64,000 bases of DNA, taken from NCBI GenBank assembly GCA_964639665.1, contig CAZXEU010000213.1, positions 11,652-75,651 of the forward strand, written 5' to 3'. Below, in pieces: positions 50,700 to 60,449 of the stretch. A program made the position numbers and the translations under genes. Every line of letters begins with the position of its first letter. Position 1 is the stretch's first letter. Below the pieces are notes generated by a model, which did no database searches, was not told the DNA's origin, and was given only the letters and a program-made list of their open reading frames with translations. Source of the DNA: an uncultured Rhodothermaceae bacterium. Lineage in GTDB: Bacteria > Bacteroidota > Rhodothermia > Rhodothermales > Bin80.

Positions 50700-51242
50700 A
50701 TGGCAATCAGAGCCAGAGGCCGATTCTCAGTCCGCATAAAGGACGAGCAGTTTGACCTGATTGTGCGCGACGGTGGCATTGAACTGGATAATGCTGCGGC
50801 AGATGCGTCGCTCGTGCATGTAGCAGGCGCCGTCTGGAGCCTGCTCCTTAACGGCCGAAGCTACTCCGTTGCCATAGGCCGTGCAAACGGCAACATCGTC
50901 CCTGTGACAATCGAAAACGTGCTGTATGAGGTGTCCGTTCAGGATGCGAGGGCCCGCATTCTGGACAGGTTTCAAGCTTCGCAGTCCAAGGCACCTGCGA
51001 CGGCTGCGCTCGTTGCACCGATGCCGGGCCTGGTATTGAGCGTGCATGTGGAAGCAGGCGAGGCGGTAGAACCCGGCCAAGGAATACTGGTACTGGAGGC
51101 CATGAAAATGGAAAATGAGCTGCGTGCCTCCAGCCACGCCGTTGTGCAGGCCGTACGCGTAGCGCCCGGCGATGCCGTTACAAAGCATGCCGTTCTGGTA
51201 GAATTCTCGTCGGAAGATGCGACCGTTCCACGCATTCCCTGA
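50700..51242 (+). CDS. biotin/lipoyl-attachment domain protein (biotin carboxyl carrier-like)
   Basis: C-terminal 'ILVLEAMKMENELRA' biotinylation motif. Likely start is ATG 50700, which avoids overlap with the divergent gene. Confidence 0.8.
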   Translation: MAIRARGRFSVRIKDEQFDLIVRDGGIELDNAAADASLVHVAGAVWSLLLNGRSYSVAIGRANGNIVPVTIENVLYEVSVQDARARILDRFQASQSKAPATAALVAPMPGLVLSVHVEAGEAVEPGQGILVLEAMKMENELRASSHAVVQAVRVAPGDAVTKHAVLVEFSSEDATVPRIP

Positions 51243-51248
51243 TTCAGC

Positions 51249-52229
51249 GTGCGTTCTCTCGTTACAGGAGCAACAGGCTTCGTCGGCTCCGTAGTCACGC
51301 GTCAACTTGTGACGGCTGGCACCGACGTCCGCATTCTCAGGCGATCGCATTCCAAGCTGGACCTCCTGGGCGAGATTTCCGGCCACGTAGAGCATGTCGT
51401 GGGCGATATTCGCGATCCGGAGAGTCTGGCCGTTGCCATGCGAGGCGTATCCCGTGTGTACCATACGGCGGCTTCCGTCGTAATGGGTCCAGCCCGTGTG
51501 CTCGGCAGGCTGCGCTTGACCAACGTCCATGGTACGGCCTGCGTGGTCAATGCCGCTCTCGCGGCCGGCGTGCAGCGCATGGTGCATACATCCAGTATCG
51601 CAGCGCTGGGACAGGCGCCGAATCCGGGTTCATTGCGTACCGAGGATACGCCGTGGCAGGGATCACGGCTCAATACGCCTTATGCCATATCGAAGCACGA
51701 AGCCGAACTCGAAATCCACCGTGGTATTGCCGAAGGTCTAAATGCTGTTATGGTCAATCCGTCCGTAATCTTCGGACCCGGACGGCCGGGTGAGAACACG
51801 ACGCGGCTCACAGGGCTTGTACAGTCCGGGTGGGTCCGGATGGCACCGGTGGGCGCCACCAATGTGGTAGACGTGGAAGACGTGGCTGCCGGGCACATCA
51901 GGGCAATGACGCGCGGCACATGCGGCCGCCGTTATATCCTCGGATCCGAGAACCTGAGCTGGCGGGACATCTTCGGCACTCTGGCAAGGGCGTTGGGCGT
52001 TGCCGAGCCGCAAAGGGCATTGCGGCCATGGCTGGCACTTGCTGTCGCTACCGCGGCAGAGGGCTGGGCTGCATTAACACGCAGGCCGGCCAACATGACG
52101 CGCGTCCTGGTTCGCAACCTCGCCCAGTGCTACCAGTACAGCAACAACAGGGCCGTCCACGAACTCGGCTGCTCGTTTCGGCCCTTCGAAGAAACAGCGC
52201 AGCGCATGGCAGCAGCCTTCTGCAATTAG
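51249..52229 (+). CDS. NAD-dependent epimerase/dehydratase family (SDR) protein
   Basis: 'LVTGATGFVGS' Rossmann motif and the 'YAISK' catalytic YxxxK. GTG start. Confidence 0.85.
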   Translation: MRSLVTGATGFVGSVVTRQLVTAGTDVRILRRSHSKLDLLGEISGHVEHVVGDIRDPESLAVAMRGVSRVYHTAASVVMGPARVLGRLRLTNVHGTACVVNAALAAGVQRMVHTSSIAALGQAPNPGSLRTEDTPWQGSRLNTPYAISKHEAELEIHRGIAEGLNAVMVNPSVIFGPGRPGENTTRLTGLVQSGWVRMAPVGATNVVDVEDVAAGHIRAMTRGTCGRRYILGSENLSWRDIFGTLARALGVAEPQRALRPWLALAVATAAEGWAALTRRPANMTRVLVRNLAQCYQYSNNRAVHELGCSFRPFEETAQRMAAAFCN

Positions 52230-54340
52230 AGACCGCGGGACAGGCCAAGCTCCCACGCGCGACCGGGATCTCGCAGGGGAAAACCCAGCGATCGGGCATT
52301 GTCATATTCCATCCGGTACTGCCTGTTGGCCAGGTTCACGGCGGTCACTCTCACCCGAATCCGGCCCGGCAAATCCGCCTCGACCCACACGTCTGCTGTG
52401 ATGTAGGACGGAATCGGCTCCTGTTCAACAGGCCGCGCCGCTTGCTGCCCGCGCCGTGCAGCTCCATGGACGGTGCCTCCGACCCGTATCGGCACACCCG
52501 GCGCCGTCGCCTCCAGTCCTGCCGCAAACGAGGCAGGCGGTACGCCGTAGGCCGGGCCTCCCGCGAGGTGGTCGTAGCCGGCCAGATACGCTGCCGACCC
52601 ATTAGCCCTAAGGACAGGTTCCAGTACGGATCCGTCTGCCCATGCCTCTGCCCCCCAGAGTGTTACCTCTCTGTCCATTGCCTCATCCGGGATGAGCGGG
52701 TTGAGGGGCCTTTGGCCGCGCAGGCGCCGGACAAAGAGTCCGGCGCCCGTCCCGGACGGGCGGTCGCCGAAACGCACGAGGAAATCGGCCTGCCAGACCC
52801 GCTCTGTGGCAAGCTGCGCGCCCGAATCGCGATCAGAATCGCAGCCTGCAAGGCCATCTGCGCACGGGAGGCTTCGTGATCCCCGAACGCCAACCGTGCG
52901 CATGGCCGTTGCACCCCCTAGAGTTATCGCCCAGTCATCCTGCAACGGAGCCGATGCCACAAGGGCCGCACTGGCGAATCCGCGGGTTCGTGGCAGCGAA
53001 GCCAGGCTGGCATGAACGACGTCAAGGCGGGCAGTAGCATCCAGGACCAGGCGCGAGCGCTTGATTTCGCTGCGCGCGAATAGCCCGGATTCCACAAGCT
53101 GCCAATCCTGGTCGACGGCAAGCGGCGATGTGCGCCGCAGGTCCGTGCCCACCTCCATGGACCATTGCGGCACCGGTGCCACCAGTGCCGCCGCACGCGC
53201 CGTGAGCACCCCTGCGGACACGCCCCGCCGTTGCAGGCCCAGCGAACCTGGAGTGCGCTGCCAACCGGCCGACAGCAACAACTCCTGCACCTTCCCCTCG
53301 GGCCGGGCGCGGCGCATCAAACCAGAGACGTGGCCGCGCCACTCCTCGCCTGGAGTACCGGCCTCGCCTTCCGATGCCAGGGCTGCATCAGCGGCTAGCT
53401 CCGTACCACCTGGCAGAGACAGAATCAGCCGCGGACCGACAAACCTCAACCTGCCGCTGCCCGGTACATACTGGCTTGCCTGAGACCCGTGGTCCGAAAG
53501 GGAGGCCGCGCGCAGCACGAACATGGCCGAGCCCCGCCTGGCGGCCCCGGCAACGCTCGCATTCCGGGACCCAGATTCGGATTCATAGGATGCCGTGACG
53601 CTCCCTGTTTCAGGAGCGGCCGACGCAATCCGTACGGCACCGAGCAAGCCGGGGCCCCACGTCAATGCGTTGGGCCCCGGAACCACGTAAACCCTGTCGC
53701 CGGGCGCAACCGCGTACAAACCCACACCGGAATATGGCGAAGGCGCATGGTGCACCTCATTTACGAGGATGCCAACCTGATCCTTCCACAAGCCGCGTAT
53801 CTGGGACGATACGCTGACGCCACGGTACATGGCCGTGCCAGCACCGGCAAAGCGACGGGAAGCATGGCCAGCAGAATGCGGCCTGGACGGCATGAGCAAG
53901 TGCCTCCCCAGCGCCGGCTCCGAAGGTCGCAGTCTGTCGGTGCTGGCGTGCAGCGCAATCGCAAGCTCGCCGTCTCCCTCCACTTCCATTCGCAAAGTCC
54001 TGTGTCCCGGCGCGGAAGCCTCTATCACGAAGGCCCCCACAGGCGCCGGTCCAAGCACAAATCGGCCGTCGGCACCCGTAACATACGCGTAAAGCGTGCC
54101 CACACGCACCACGGTGGCGCCTTCTATCGGGTTGCCCGTCCTGGCATTTGCAACCGTGCCGGCTACTAGTCGGGCTTCCTGCGCCAGGACTGCCGTGCCG
54201 GTGTGCGCAAAAACCCAAAGCGCAGCAAGGAGCGCGCCGATACCGCCTCGAACGCTACCAGGAAGTACCGCGAAGATCAGGCGTTGTGCGCAATAGAAGG
54301 GAGACATGCCTGCGTCCAGAGACAGAGAGAGAGGCTTCAT
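52226..54340 (-). CDS. TonB-dependent receptor-like outer-membrane protein (CarboxypepD_reg-like N-domain)
   Basis: Signal-like 'IGALLAALWVFAHTGTAVLAQ'. 'LVAGTVANARTGNPIEGATVV' is CarboxypepD_reg-like, followed by a plug-like region and a long beta-rich C-terminus. Start is uncertain (ATG 54340 or 54307, or TTG 54358). Confidence 0.65.
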   Translation of the reverse strand: MKPLSLSLDAGMSPFYCAQRLIFAVLPGSVRGGIGALLAALWVFAHTGTAVLAQEARLVAGTVANARTGNPIEGATVVRVGTLYAYVTGADGRFVLGPAPVGAFVIEASAPGHRTLRMEVEGDGELAIALHASTDRLRPSEPALGRHLLMPSRPHSAGHASRRFAGAGTAMYRGVSVSSQIRGLWKDQVGILVNEVHHAPSPYSGVGLYAVAPGDRVYVVPGPNALTWGPGLLGAVRIASAAPETGSVTASYESESGSRNASVAGAARRGSAMFVLRAASLSDHGSQASQYVPGSGRLRFVGPRLILSLPGGTELAADAALASEGEAGTPGEEWRGHVSGLMRRARPEGKVQELLLSAGWQRTPGSLGLQRRGVSAGVLTARAAALVAPVPQWSMEVGTDLRRTSPLAVDQDWQLVESGLFARSEIKRSRLVLDATARLDVVHASLASLPRTRGFASAALVASAPLQDDWAITLGGATAMRTVGVRGSRSLPCADGLAGCDSDRDSGAQLATERVWQADFLVRFGDRPSGTGAGLFVRRLRGQRPLNPLIPDEAMDREVTLWGAEAWADGSVLEPVLRANGSAAYLAGYDHLAGGPAYGVPPASFAAGLEATAPGVPIRVGGTVHGAARRGQQAARPVEQEPIPSYITADVWVEADLPGRIRVRVTAVNLANRQYRMEYDNARSLGFPLRDPGRAWELGLSRGL

Positions 54341-55463
54341 TGCCAGATCCCCTGACAAGCCCGTTGGTCACGTACTGGTACGGCATGGGAGATGGATTCA
54401 AGACACGAACCTCGGTTTCCGTTACTTCATGCTCCAAGGCCTCAAAGCGTAGAGGCAGCCCGCTTCGCGAGAAGGTTATTTCCCAAGCGGAGCCAAAATC
54501 CGCCAGGGGTCCAAACATTGGAGACCAACCTTCTAGATCAGGCGACAACCACGGATAGCGCCAGAGCATGTCCGGCATTCCGGCGGCGGGAGCGGTAACC
54601 GTAAAGAACGGATCCTGGCCGGCCAGAAACCGCCGGATAGACATCGAGGGATCCTGCCTGGCCTGCAAATACAACTCGGCTACGTCCATCCCGGCAAGGT
54701 TCATGCCGTTATAGATCCCGTGATGATTCCTGTCGTCTTCGTCGAAATACTCGTCGTACCAGTCCTGAAAGCTGCGACTGAGCATCAGGTTCACTTCCAG
54801 ATGGAGATGGGCCCGTCGCCGGTTGATGCCGACGCCGCTGTAACCCATCACGCCTAAGGCCTGCCCGCGCTCTACATTCTGCCCGATGCTGGCGGTAATG
54901 CGACCGAGGTGCGCATAGAGGCTGTAGAAGGGTGATCCACTCCACCAGTGCTCCACGACCACGTACCTGCCATAACTGGACTGTCCGGATGTATTGTTTA
55001 CGTAGACAACGACGCCTTCGTCAATACTGCGCACCAGGTCCCGCGGCTCCTGCCGCTCCGAGGCACGCTCTACCGACCTTATGTCAATGCCTTCATGAAA
55101 CCTGGTATATACGGGTCCGTGGCGAGTTACTCGAAAGTTGCGCACGAAGCCGTACTTGCCGCCCTGCCAGGCAGGAGCGATGCCCGGCTGCATTCTCCGG
55201 TCCGTGTATTGGTAAAACGCGGGCCCGTCATTCGAGAATAGCGCATCGTTTCCGGTTGGCAGCACAAGCTGCATCATGCGCTGCGGAAGTTCTTCGGAGC
55301 TGTCCCAGACGGACTGGCCGAAAATAGACGCGGTAGGCCCTACAAGGTGGCATGCAACGAAGAGAACAGCTAACGAGATAGGCTGCCCCGAAAGCCGACA
55401 GGTGAGAAGTCGCAACCCACCCGGATTCGTAATCGCGTCTGCCAAGAGACCGGCCCGGCTCAT
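54255..55463 (-). CDS. M23-family metallopeptidase
   Basis: 'FHEGIDI', 'SLYAHL' and 'GYSGVGINRRRAHLHLEV'. Likely start is ATG 55463, 4 nt after the def stop. Confidence 0.85.
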   Translation of the reverse strand: MSRAGLLADAITNPGGLRLLTCRLSGQPISLAVLFVACHLVGPTASIFGQSVWDSSEELPQRMMQLVLPTGNDALFSNDGPAFYQYTDRRMQPGIAPAWQGGKYGFVRNFRVTRHGPVYTRFHEGIDIRSVERASERQEPRDLVRSIDEGVVVYVNNTSGQSSYGRYVVVEHWWSGSPFYSLYAHLGRITASIGQNVERGQALGVMGYSGVGINRRRAHLHLEVNLMLSRSFQDWYDEYFDEDDRNHHGIYNGMNLAGMDVAELYLQARQDPSMSIRRFLAGQDPFFTVTAPAAGMPDMLWRYPWLSPDLEGWSPMFGPLADFGSAWEITFSRSGLPLRFEALEHEVTETEVRVLNPSPMPYQYVTNGLVRGSGNEASLSVSGRRHVSLLLRTTPDLRGTSW

Positions 55464-55467
55464 TCTG

Positions 55468-56016
55468 TCATCGCTGCATTGCAGCAACCGCATACTCGGC
55501 CTCCACTTCGCCACGGGAAATCTCCCGCAGCCGCCTGCGCAAGAGGCTGCGCCGAAACGGACTGATCAGGTCAATGAAGAGCACTCCTTCCAGATGATCA
55601 TACTCGTGCTGGATTACGCGAGCGAGCAAGTCCTCGGCCTCGATCTCCCGTGTGACAAATGCCCTGTCGCGGTAGCTCAGGCGTATGCGGGCCGGACGCA
55701 CTACCATTTCCCGGATTTCAGGAATAGAAAGGCAGCCTTCCTCGAATTCCGCATCTTCCGGACTCTCCCAGTGGATTTGCGGATTGATCAACACCATGGG
55801 CTCCGTACCCCAATCCTCCTCCACGGCGCTCAAATCCACGATGATGACGCGCTCCCTGCAACCCACCTGAGGCGCGGCCAGACCGATTCCTGCCGCAGCC
55901 CTTACCGTGTCTGCCATGTTGTCGATAAGGTCCTGAACCTTATCGCTCACACCGGCAACCTCCCTGGCAGGAGCCCTCAGAATCGGGTCACCAAAGAGTC
56001 GTATGGGAAGTACCAT
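55468..56016 (-). CDS. def: peptide deformylase
   Basis: 'GIGLAAPQVG', 'EGCLSIP' and 'HEYDHLEG'. Confidence 0.95.
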   Translation of the reverse strand: MVLPIRLFGDPILRAPAREVAGVSDKVQDLIDNMADTVRAAAGIGLAAPQVGCRERVIIVDLSAVEEDWGTEPMVLINPQIHWESPEDAEFEEGCLSIPEIREMVVRPARIRLSYRDRAFVTREIEAEDLLARVIQHEYDHLEGVLFIDLISPFRRSLLRRRLREISRGEVEAEYAVAAMQR

Positions 56017-56023
56017 GGACCGG

Positions 56024-56500
56024 TTACCGCGAAGCTTCCGGGGTCACGCGCGCATACACGCTGGTGCTGCCCTCCGCGTCGAAGGCAACGACATCATAAG
56101 CCTGCGGATTGGGGCCCTCCATACCGGGCGAGCCAATCGGCATACCCGCCACGGCAATGCCCTTGACGGCGGGACGCTCTTCCAGTAGTCGCTGCACGTG
56201 CACAGCCGGTACATGGCCTTCAATGACGTATCCGTCAACGATGGCGGTATGGCAGGATGCCAACTGCCTCGGCAAACCCAATTCGTTCTTTATGGCCGCC
56301 AGGCTGGTCAAATTGCGGACCTCCACGTCGAATCCTGCATCATCCAGGTGGTCGACCCACTTTTGGCAGCACCCGCACGTGGGTGTCTTGTAAACGAGCA
56401 CGGTCTCATCGGCAGCCTTCCCCGAAATCAGCACAACACCCGTCAGCACAACGGCAAGGGCGGCGACCGATACAATAATTGCGGCTTGCTTTGTCTTCAT
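56024..56500 (-). CDS. DUF411-family metal-binding protein
   Basis: N-terminal TM/signal, 'KTPTCGCCQKW', 'ASCHTAIVDGYVIEGHVP' and 'GMPIGSPGME'. Confidence 0.8.
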   Translation of the reverse strand: MKTKQAAIIVSVAALAVVLTGVVLISGKAADETVLVYKTPTCGCCQKWVDHLDDAGFDVEVRNLTSLAAIKNELGLPRQLASCHTAIVDGYVIEGHVPAVHVQRLLEERPAVKGIAVAGMPIGSPGMEGPNPQAYDVVAFDAEGSTSVYARVTPEASR

Positions 56501-56567
56501 TGCATGTCAGAGGTTTCAGACGAAACGCGTAGGCTCAGGCGTGTCAGGAGTTGCCATGCACAACGCG

Positions 56568-57458
56568 CTACTGCACCAGTTCGTTGTATTTGGTCAGGTG
56601 AGCCGGATCCACTTCCGCCAGTAGCGAGAAAGCCTGGGAGCTCTGGTCAGACTCCTCGAATACGGCAGTCAGTTCCGTGTACTTGGTCGAAAAGAAGATG
56701 TCAAACACGTACTGCCGAGCCAACTCGCGGTATAGCTCCTGCAAAGTGCTCAAGACGGCCAGTACTGCCTCTCTTGCATCTTCCGGATCCTGAGTGAAGT
56801 GATCCAGCCCACCGAAATGGTACTGAAAGTAGGCCTGTCGCAGAGGCCTGAACCGGGGCCCCGTTAGCTGGTCGGCAAGTTCTCCACGCGGATCCCTGTT
56901 GAGCGCGCTCCAGCCGGGAGCATTTCTTGAGTCGGCAAGCTGCTGAATCCGCTTTGCCTTCTGAAAATGCGCCTCTCCGCCCAGTTCGCTGAATGAGTCA
57001 TAATCATACCCGAGCATAATGTAGGCATAGAAGTCGAGCACGGACGTCAGCGCATCATAGCGCTCGACCTCGAACACCAGTGGCGTGCCACGCGCATACG
57101 AGAATTCCCAGCTCTCATCATTAATCTGAAGTACCGTCGTTTTCGCCGTTGTGCCGTAAATGGGGCGGGTACTGGTAATGATGAGCTGCGCCCGGAATGA
57201 GGTCTGCGTCCTGGCCTCCAGGAAAACGATCTGCATCGAACACTCGATCCATTCCTCCGGCTGGAAACTGTCCGTCGTCCAGTTGCTCTTGTTCATGTAG
57301 TCTTCAACGAGCTCTTTGAGATCGTCCAGATGCGTGAAACTCGAACCCTGCAATTGCCGGTAATTCACGCTCACGGAGCAGAGAAACTCGCGGGCACCGA
57401 CCTCGCTGGCCAGACCACACAGCATCAGCAATGCCGCCGCAATTCGCATGGTACGCAT
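56568..57458 (-). CDS. DUF4835 / PorD-like (T9SS-associated) protein
   Basis: Signal peptide 'MRIAAALLMLCGLASEVGA'. 'CSVSVNYRQLQGSSF', 'NWTTDSFQPEEWIECSM' and 'LDFYAYIMLGYDYDSFS' match my recollection of DUF4835. Start is ATG 57458 or 57449. Confidence 0.6.
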   Translation of the reverse strand: MRTMRIAAALLMLCGLASEVGAREFLCSVSVNYRQLQGSSFTHLDDLKELVEDYMNKSNWTTDSFQPEEWIECSMQIVFLEARTQTSFRAQLIITSTRPIYGTTAKTTVLQINDESWEFSYARGTPLVFEVERYDALTSVLDFYAYIMLGYDYDSFSELGGEAHFQKAKRIQQLADSRNAPGWSALNRDPRGELADQLTGPRFRPLRQAYFQYHFGGLDHFTQDPEDAREAVLAVLSTLQELYRELARQYVFDIFFSTKYTELTAVFEESDQSSQAFSLLAEVDPAHLTKYNELVQ

Positions 57459-57511
57459 GGTTCTAAGGGGCATTGCACATATACCGGAGGCGCAAGCGAG
57501 CGGTTTCCGGC

Positions 57512-60448
57512 CTAGCGGAACGTAATCCATCCATGGTCGCGATCCAGGGTAGTGCCCATACGCAGATCGAGATCAAGCTGGTAGTAAAGGCGCAATTGCA
57601 GCCCCAGCCCGCCGCCCACGGCCGACAGTTGTTGCCAGCTTTGCCGACCAGGCGAAGCGGGCCGCATCGTCTCCGCAAAGCCATAGGCGTATACAGCCTT
57701 CACGTACAGGGGAACGATCAGGAAGCCGTTGTCGACATGCCAGAGAGGCAACACCGCCTCCACATCCCCTCCGTAGTACATTCCCCGTCCCAGAAAGGCA
57801 TCTTCGTTTCCCCTGGGCAGCAGCTGTCGCAAGCTGAAGATGGCACCCCGGTTCTGGGCCAGCAGACTTGCGCGTGCGCGAAGCGCCAGGTTCCAGCGCG
57901 GCACAATCGCCCGGTGCCAGGAAAGCCGCGCCAGTATCGTATGCCTGTTCCCTGATGCTTCCGCCCACAGATCCGACAGTCCCGATACGGTAAGCCTGAG
58001 TCCGGCCGCCGGCAGGAGGTCTGCCCGGTTGTACCGGATACCGTGCGACAGCGATGCCGCCGAAAGCAGGCTCACGTGCGAGCGGAATACACCATGAGAG
58101 GTTCCGTCCGCAGAGCGGACTGGCGTCGAAGCTCCCGCCGCATCGAATCTTCGCTCTCCCAATGCCGAAATACCTGCACCGAGAAGGAGTGTCGTACGAC
58201 GCACGTTGTCGCGCAGCACGAGCGGCAGCCTCAAGTCCAGTTGCACTCCCACCTCTTCGCGCCCGAGGCGACGGGCCCTTGACGAGCCACCACCCTCCCT
58301 GATTACTACTGTAGACAGTCTGTCGAACGCGGTGACTGACATGCGCACGGGCCAAAGGGCGCTTCGGGCGGTCACCTCGCCCCACAACCTCCCAGACTGG
58401 TACATCGCTTCCAGGCCATAGGCAGCGCGCTGCAGCGGGTCTCCGCCCTGCATACCCAATCCGGCGCCGAACCCCAAACGGAAATCACCGCCGTGATCCT
58501 CCATCACCGGGTAGCGCGCCAGAGGGAAAAATATGCGTGGGGCCATGTGCCGGGTTGCGCGGTAGCGTTCAATGACACCGCCCGCCAGGGCAGGTGCCCT
58601 GGAAGGCGCGTCAAGACTCGGAATGTCGGATAGCGGCAGGCGCTCGGCCGGGCTCACGATGCGCCCCCTCCCGGGGGAAAACGGCGCGATCTTGATGTCA
58701 GCACCCTCGTGCCGCGCCTCCACGAAAGCGAGCCTGCGTCCGTCGGGAGACACCGCGCCCTCAAAAGCCCCGTACGGCACGTTGGTAAGCTGCGCCAGGG
58801 CATCCTTTTCCACATCCAGTGCAAAGACATTTACCACGCCTCCCAAATCGGCTGCAAGAAGAAGGAATTCGCCGCTCGCGCTCCAAGAGATATCAAATAT
58901 CGAAGCGTCCCGAAGAAACAGCCAAGGCTCCATGGCCAGTCCCCGCCCCTGCCGGGCGCGATACAGGCCTTGGACTCCATCCTTGCGCGCCAGCACGGCC
59001 ACGTCGCCGCTGCCGGGGCGCCTTGCAAGCTGCACGAACAGGGTTCGCCGTGCGGCCGTGACCGGCATTATCGCGCCGGCGGAGGAGACGTGGACCCACT
59101 GGTTGAATTGGCCCGTGTTCTGCAGTGCCCACAGTCCGTCTTCAATCTGGAGAGGTGAATGAATGCGTGCTCCTCTTGAAAGCCTGGCAACACTATCCTT
59201 CTCGAGATCCAGTCGGAATGCGTCGGCCACAAGCCTGGTGTGTGCAAGCGGGTCGCGTACGTACCTGGAAAAGACTACGGCATCCCGGTCCTCCGACAAG
59301 CTGTAATGGTAGTCCTCCGGGAGCGACTGCAGGCTGAGCCGCTTCGGCCTGCCGCCTTCGGCATCGAGCTGGTACAGACCCCGGGGCAGGTCATTTCCGC
59401 TGGCATGCACGATCAGCGTGCCTCCGTCGAGCCATCTGGGACGGCGATAGATGTGACCGGGGCCGCTCGCTATGGCCACCGACTGCGTAAATGGCCCAAG
59501 CCGGCGCTGCCTAGCTTCCTCTGCCATACGCATTTCTCTCCTGAAACGGCGTCCGGTGCGGAAGGGCAATTCGCCCGTGGCCGTCCACAGCTCCACGCCA
59601 AAGCCCAGAAACGGAATCTTGTCGTGCAGCCTCGCCGCACGGCTAATGACATCCGTCCCTGCAAAGTACCGGTAAAGGTTTGCGCCGCCGACATAGTAGC
59701 GATCCGGCGGGAGCGCAAATGCCGGTACCTCAAGCATCTGCGCAAGCGTCCAGGGCCGCCGTGATGCCATGGCAGCCCAGAATTGCATCTGAAAAAGCGG
59801 ATGGTTGAGCCTGCCGGCACCTGGCTGCAGGTGACTCTCATGGTAGACTGCCACTCCTTCCGCGATGCCGGGCGGCACCCACAGCTGGAGAGCTCTCGCC
59901 AGATCCGGAGCGACGCGCCGCACGATTCCCACCACTCCCCGGCCCGAACCCAGCTGCGCGTGGGCGGCGTGAACCAATTCGTGTGGTGCCACGGCCCATA
60001 TCCACGACTCGTGGCGGGCGGAAAGCCGGCTGCCCTTGACGGCAACCGCACCGATTTGCTGCCGGAACGGAACAGGCGAAACCAGCCCGCTCGCACGATC
60101 GCTGAATCCGTCGAGTACCACGGGCATTCGCACGGCGTGACCGCCAGGAAAGCGTGCTTGTGCGCGCGGCAGCTCGGCCTCCAGTATGGCCGCCGTTTCC
60201 CGCGCCAGCAATTCCGCGTCACCTTCAAAGATGACGTCAAAATGCGGACTACGCAGCACCCGGTACGCCAGTCCGGCAGGCCGGTAGATTACTTCGTAGG
60301 CAAGCGGAGCATACTGGCCGTATGCCGCCGCGACGAACGCGCTTGCGGCAAAGGCGCCCGCCACGGCCGCGCCGCAGGCAAGCCGCAGCAGGCGAGGCAA
60401 GCTACATTGGCCGCATGCGCGCGCGGCGCACCGGACAGACTCTGACAT
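57512..60448 (-). CDS. large outer-membrane protein: HExxH peptidase_MA-like domain, TolB/PD40-like propeller, Omp85-like C-terminal barrel
   Basis: 'APHELVHAAH...GIAEGVAVYHE' is gluzincin-like. 'VSPDGRRLAFVEARHEGADIKIAPF' is PD40-like. The C-terminus has amphipathic beta strands ending 'GGGLGLQLRLYYQLDLDLRMGTTLDRDHGWITFR'. Start is uncertain (ATG 60448 or TTG 60400). The first 27 codons of the track ORF are a translated tRNA. Confidence 0.75.
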   Translation of the reverse strand: MSESVRCAARACGQCSLPRLLRLACGAAVAGAFAASAFVAAAYGQYAPLAYEVIYRPAGLAYRVLRSPHFDVIFEGDAELLARETAAILEAELPRAQARFPGGHAVRMPVVLDGFSDRASGLVSPVPFRQQIGAVAVKGSRLSARHESWIWAVAPHELVHAAHAQLGSGRGVVGIVRRVAPDLARALQLWVPPGIAEGVAVYHESHLQPGAGRLNHPLFQMQFWAAMASRRPWTLAQMLEVPAFALPPDRYYVGGANLYRYFAGTDVISRAARLHDKIPFLGFGVELWTATGELPFRTGRRFRREMRMAEEARQRRLGPFTQSVAIASGPGHIYRRPRWLDGGTLIVHASGNDLPRGLYQLDAEGGRPKRLSLQSLPEDYHYSLSEDRDAVVFSRYVRDPLAHTRLVADAFRLDLEKDSVARLSRGARIHSPLQIEDGLWALQNTGQFNQWVHVSSAGAIMPVTAARRTLFVQLARRPGSGDVAVLARKDGVQGLYRARQGRGLAMEPWLFLRDASIFDISWSASGEFLLLAADLGGVVNVFALDVEKDALAQLTNVPYGAFEGAVSPDGRRLAFVEARHEGADIKIAPFSPGRGRIVSPAERLPLSDIPSLDAPSRAPALAGGVIERYRATRHMAPRIFFPLARYPVMEDHGGDFRLGFGAGLGMQGGDPLQRAAYGLEAMYQSGRLWGEVTARSALWPVRMSVTAFDRLSTVVIREGGGSSRARRLGREEVGVQLDLRLPLVLRDNVRRTTLLLGAGISALGERRFDAAGASTPVRSADGTSHGVFRSHVSLLSAASLSHGIRYNRADLLPAAGLRLTVSGLSDLWAEASGNRHTILARLSWHRAIVPRWNLALRARASLLAQNRGAIFSLRQLLPRGNEDAFLGRGMYYGGDVEAVLPLWHVDNGFLIVPLYVKAVYAYGFAETMRPASPGRQSWQQLSAVGGGLGLQLRLYYQLDLDLRMGTTLDRDHGWITFR

Positions 60449-60449
60449 G

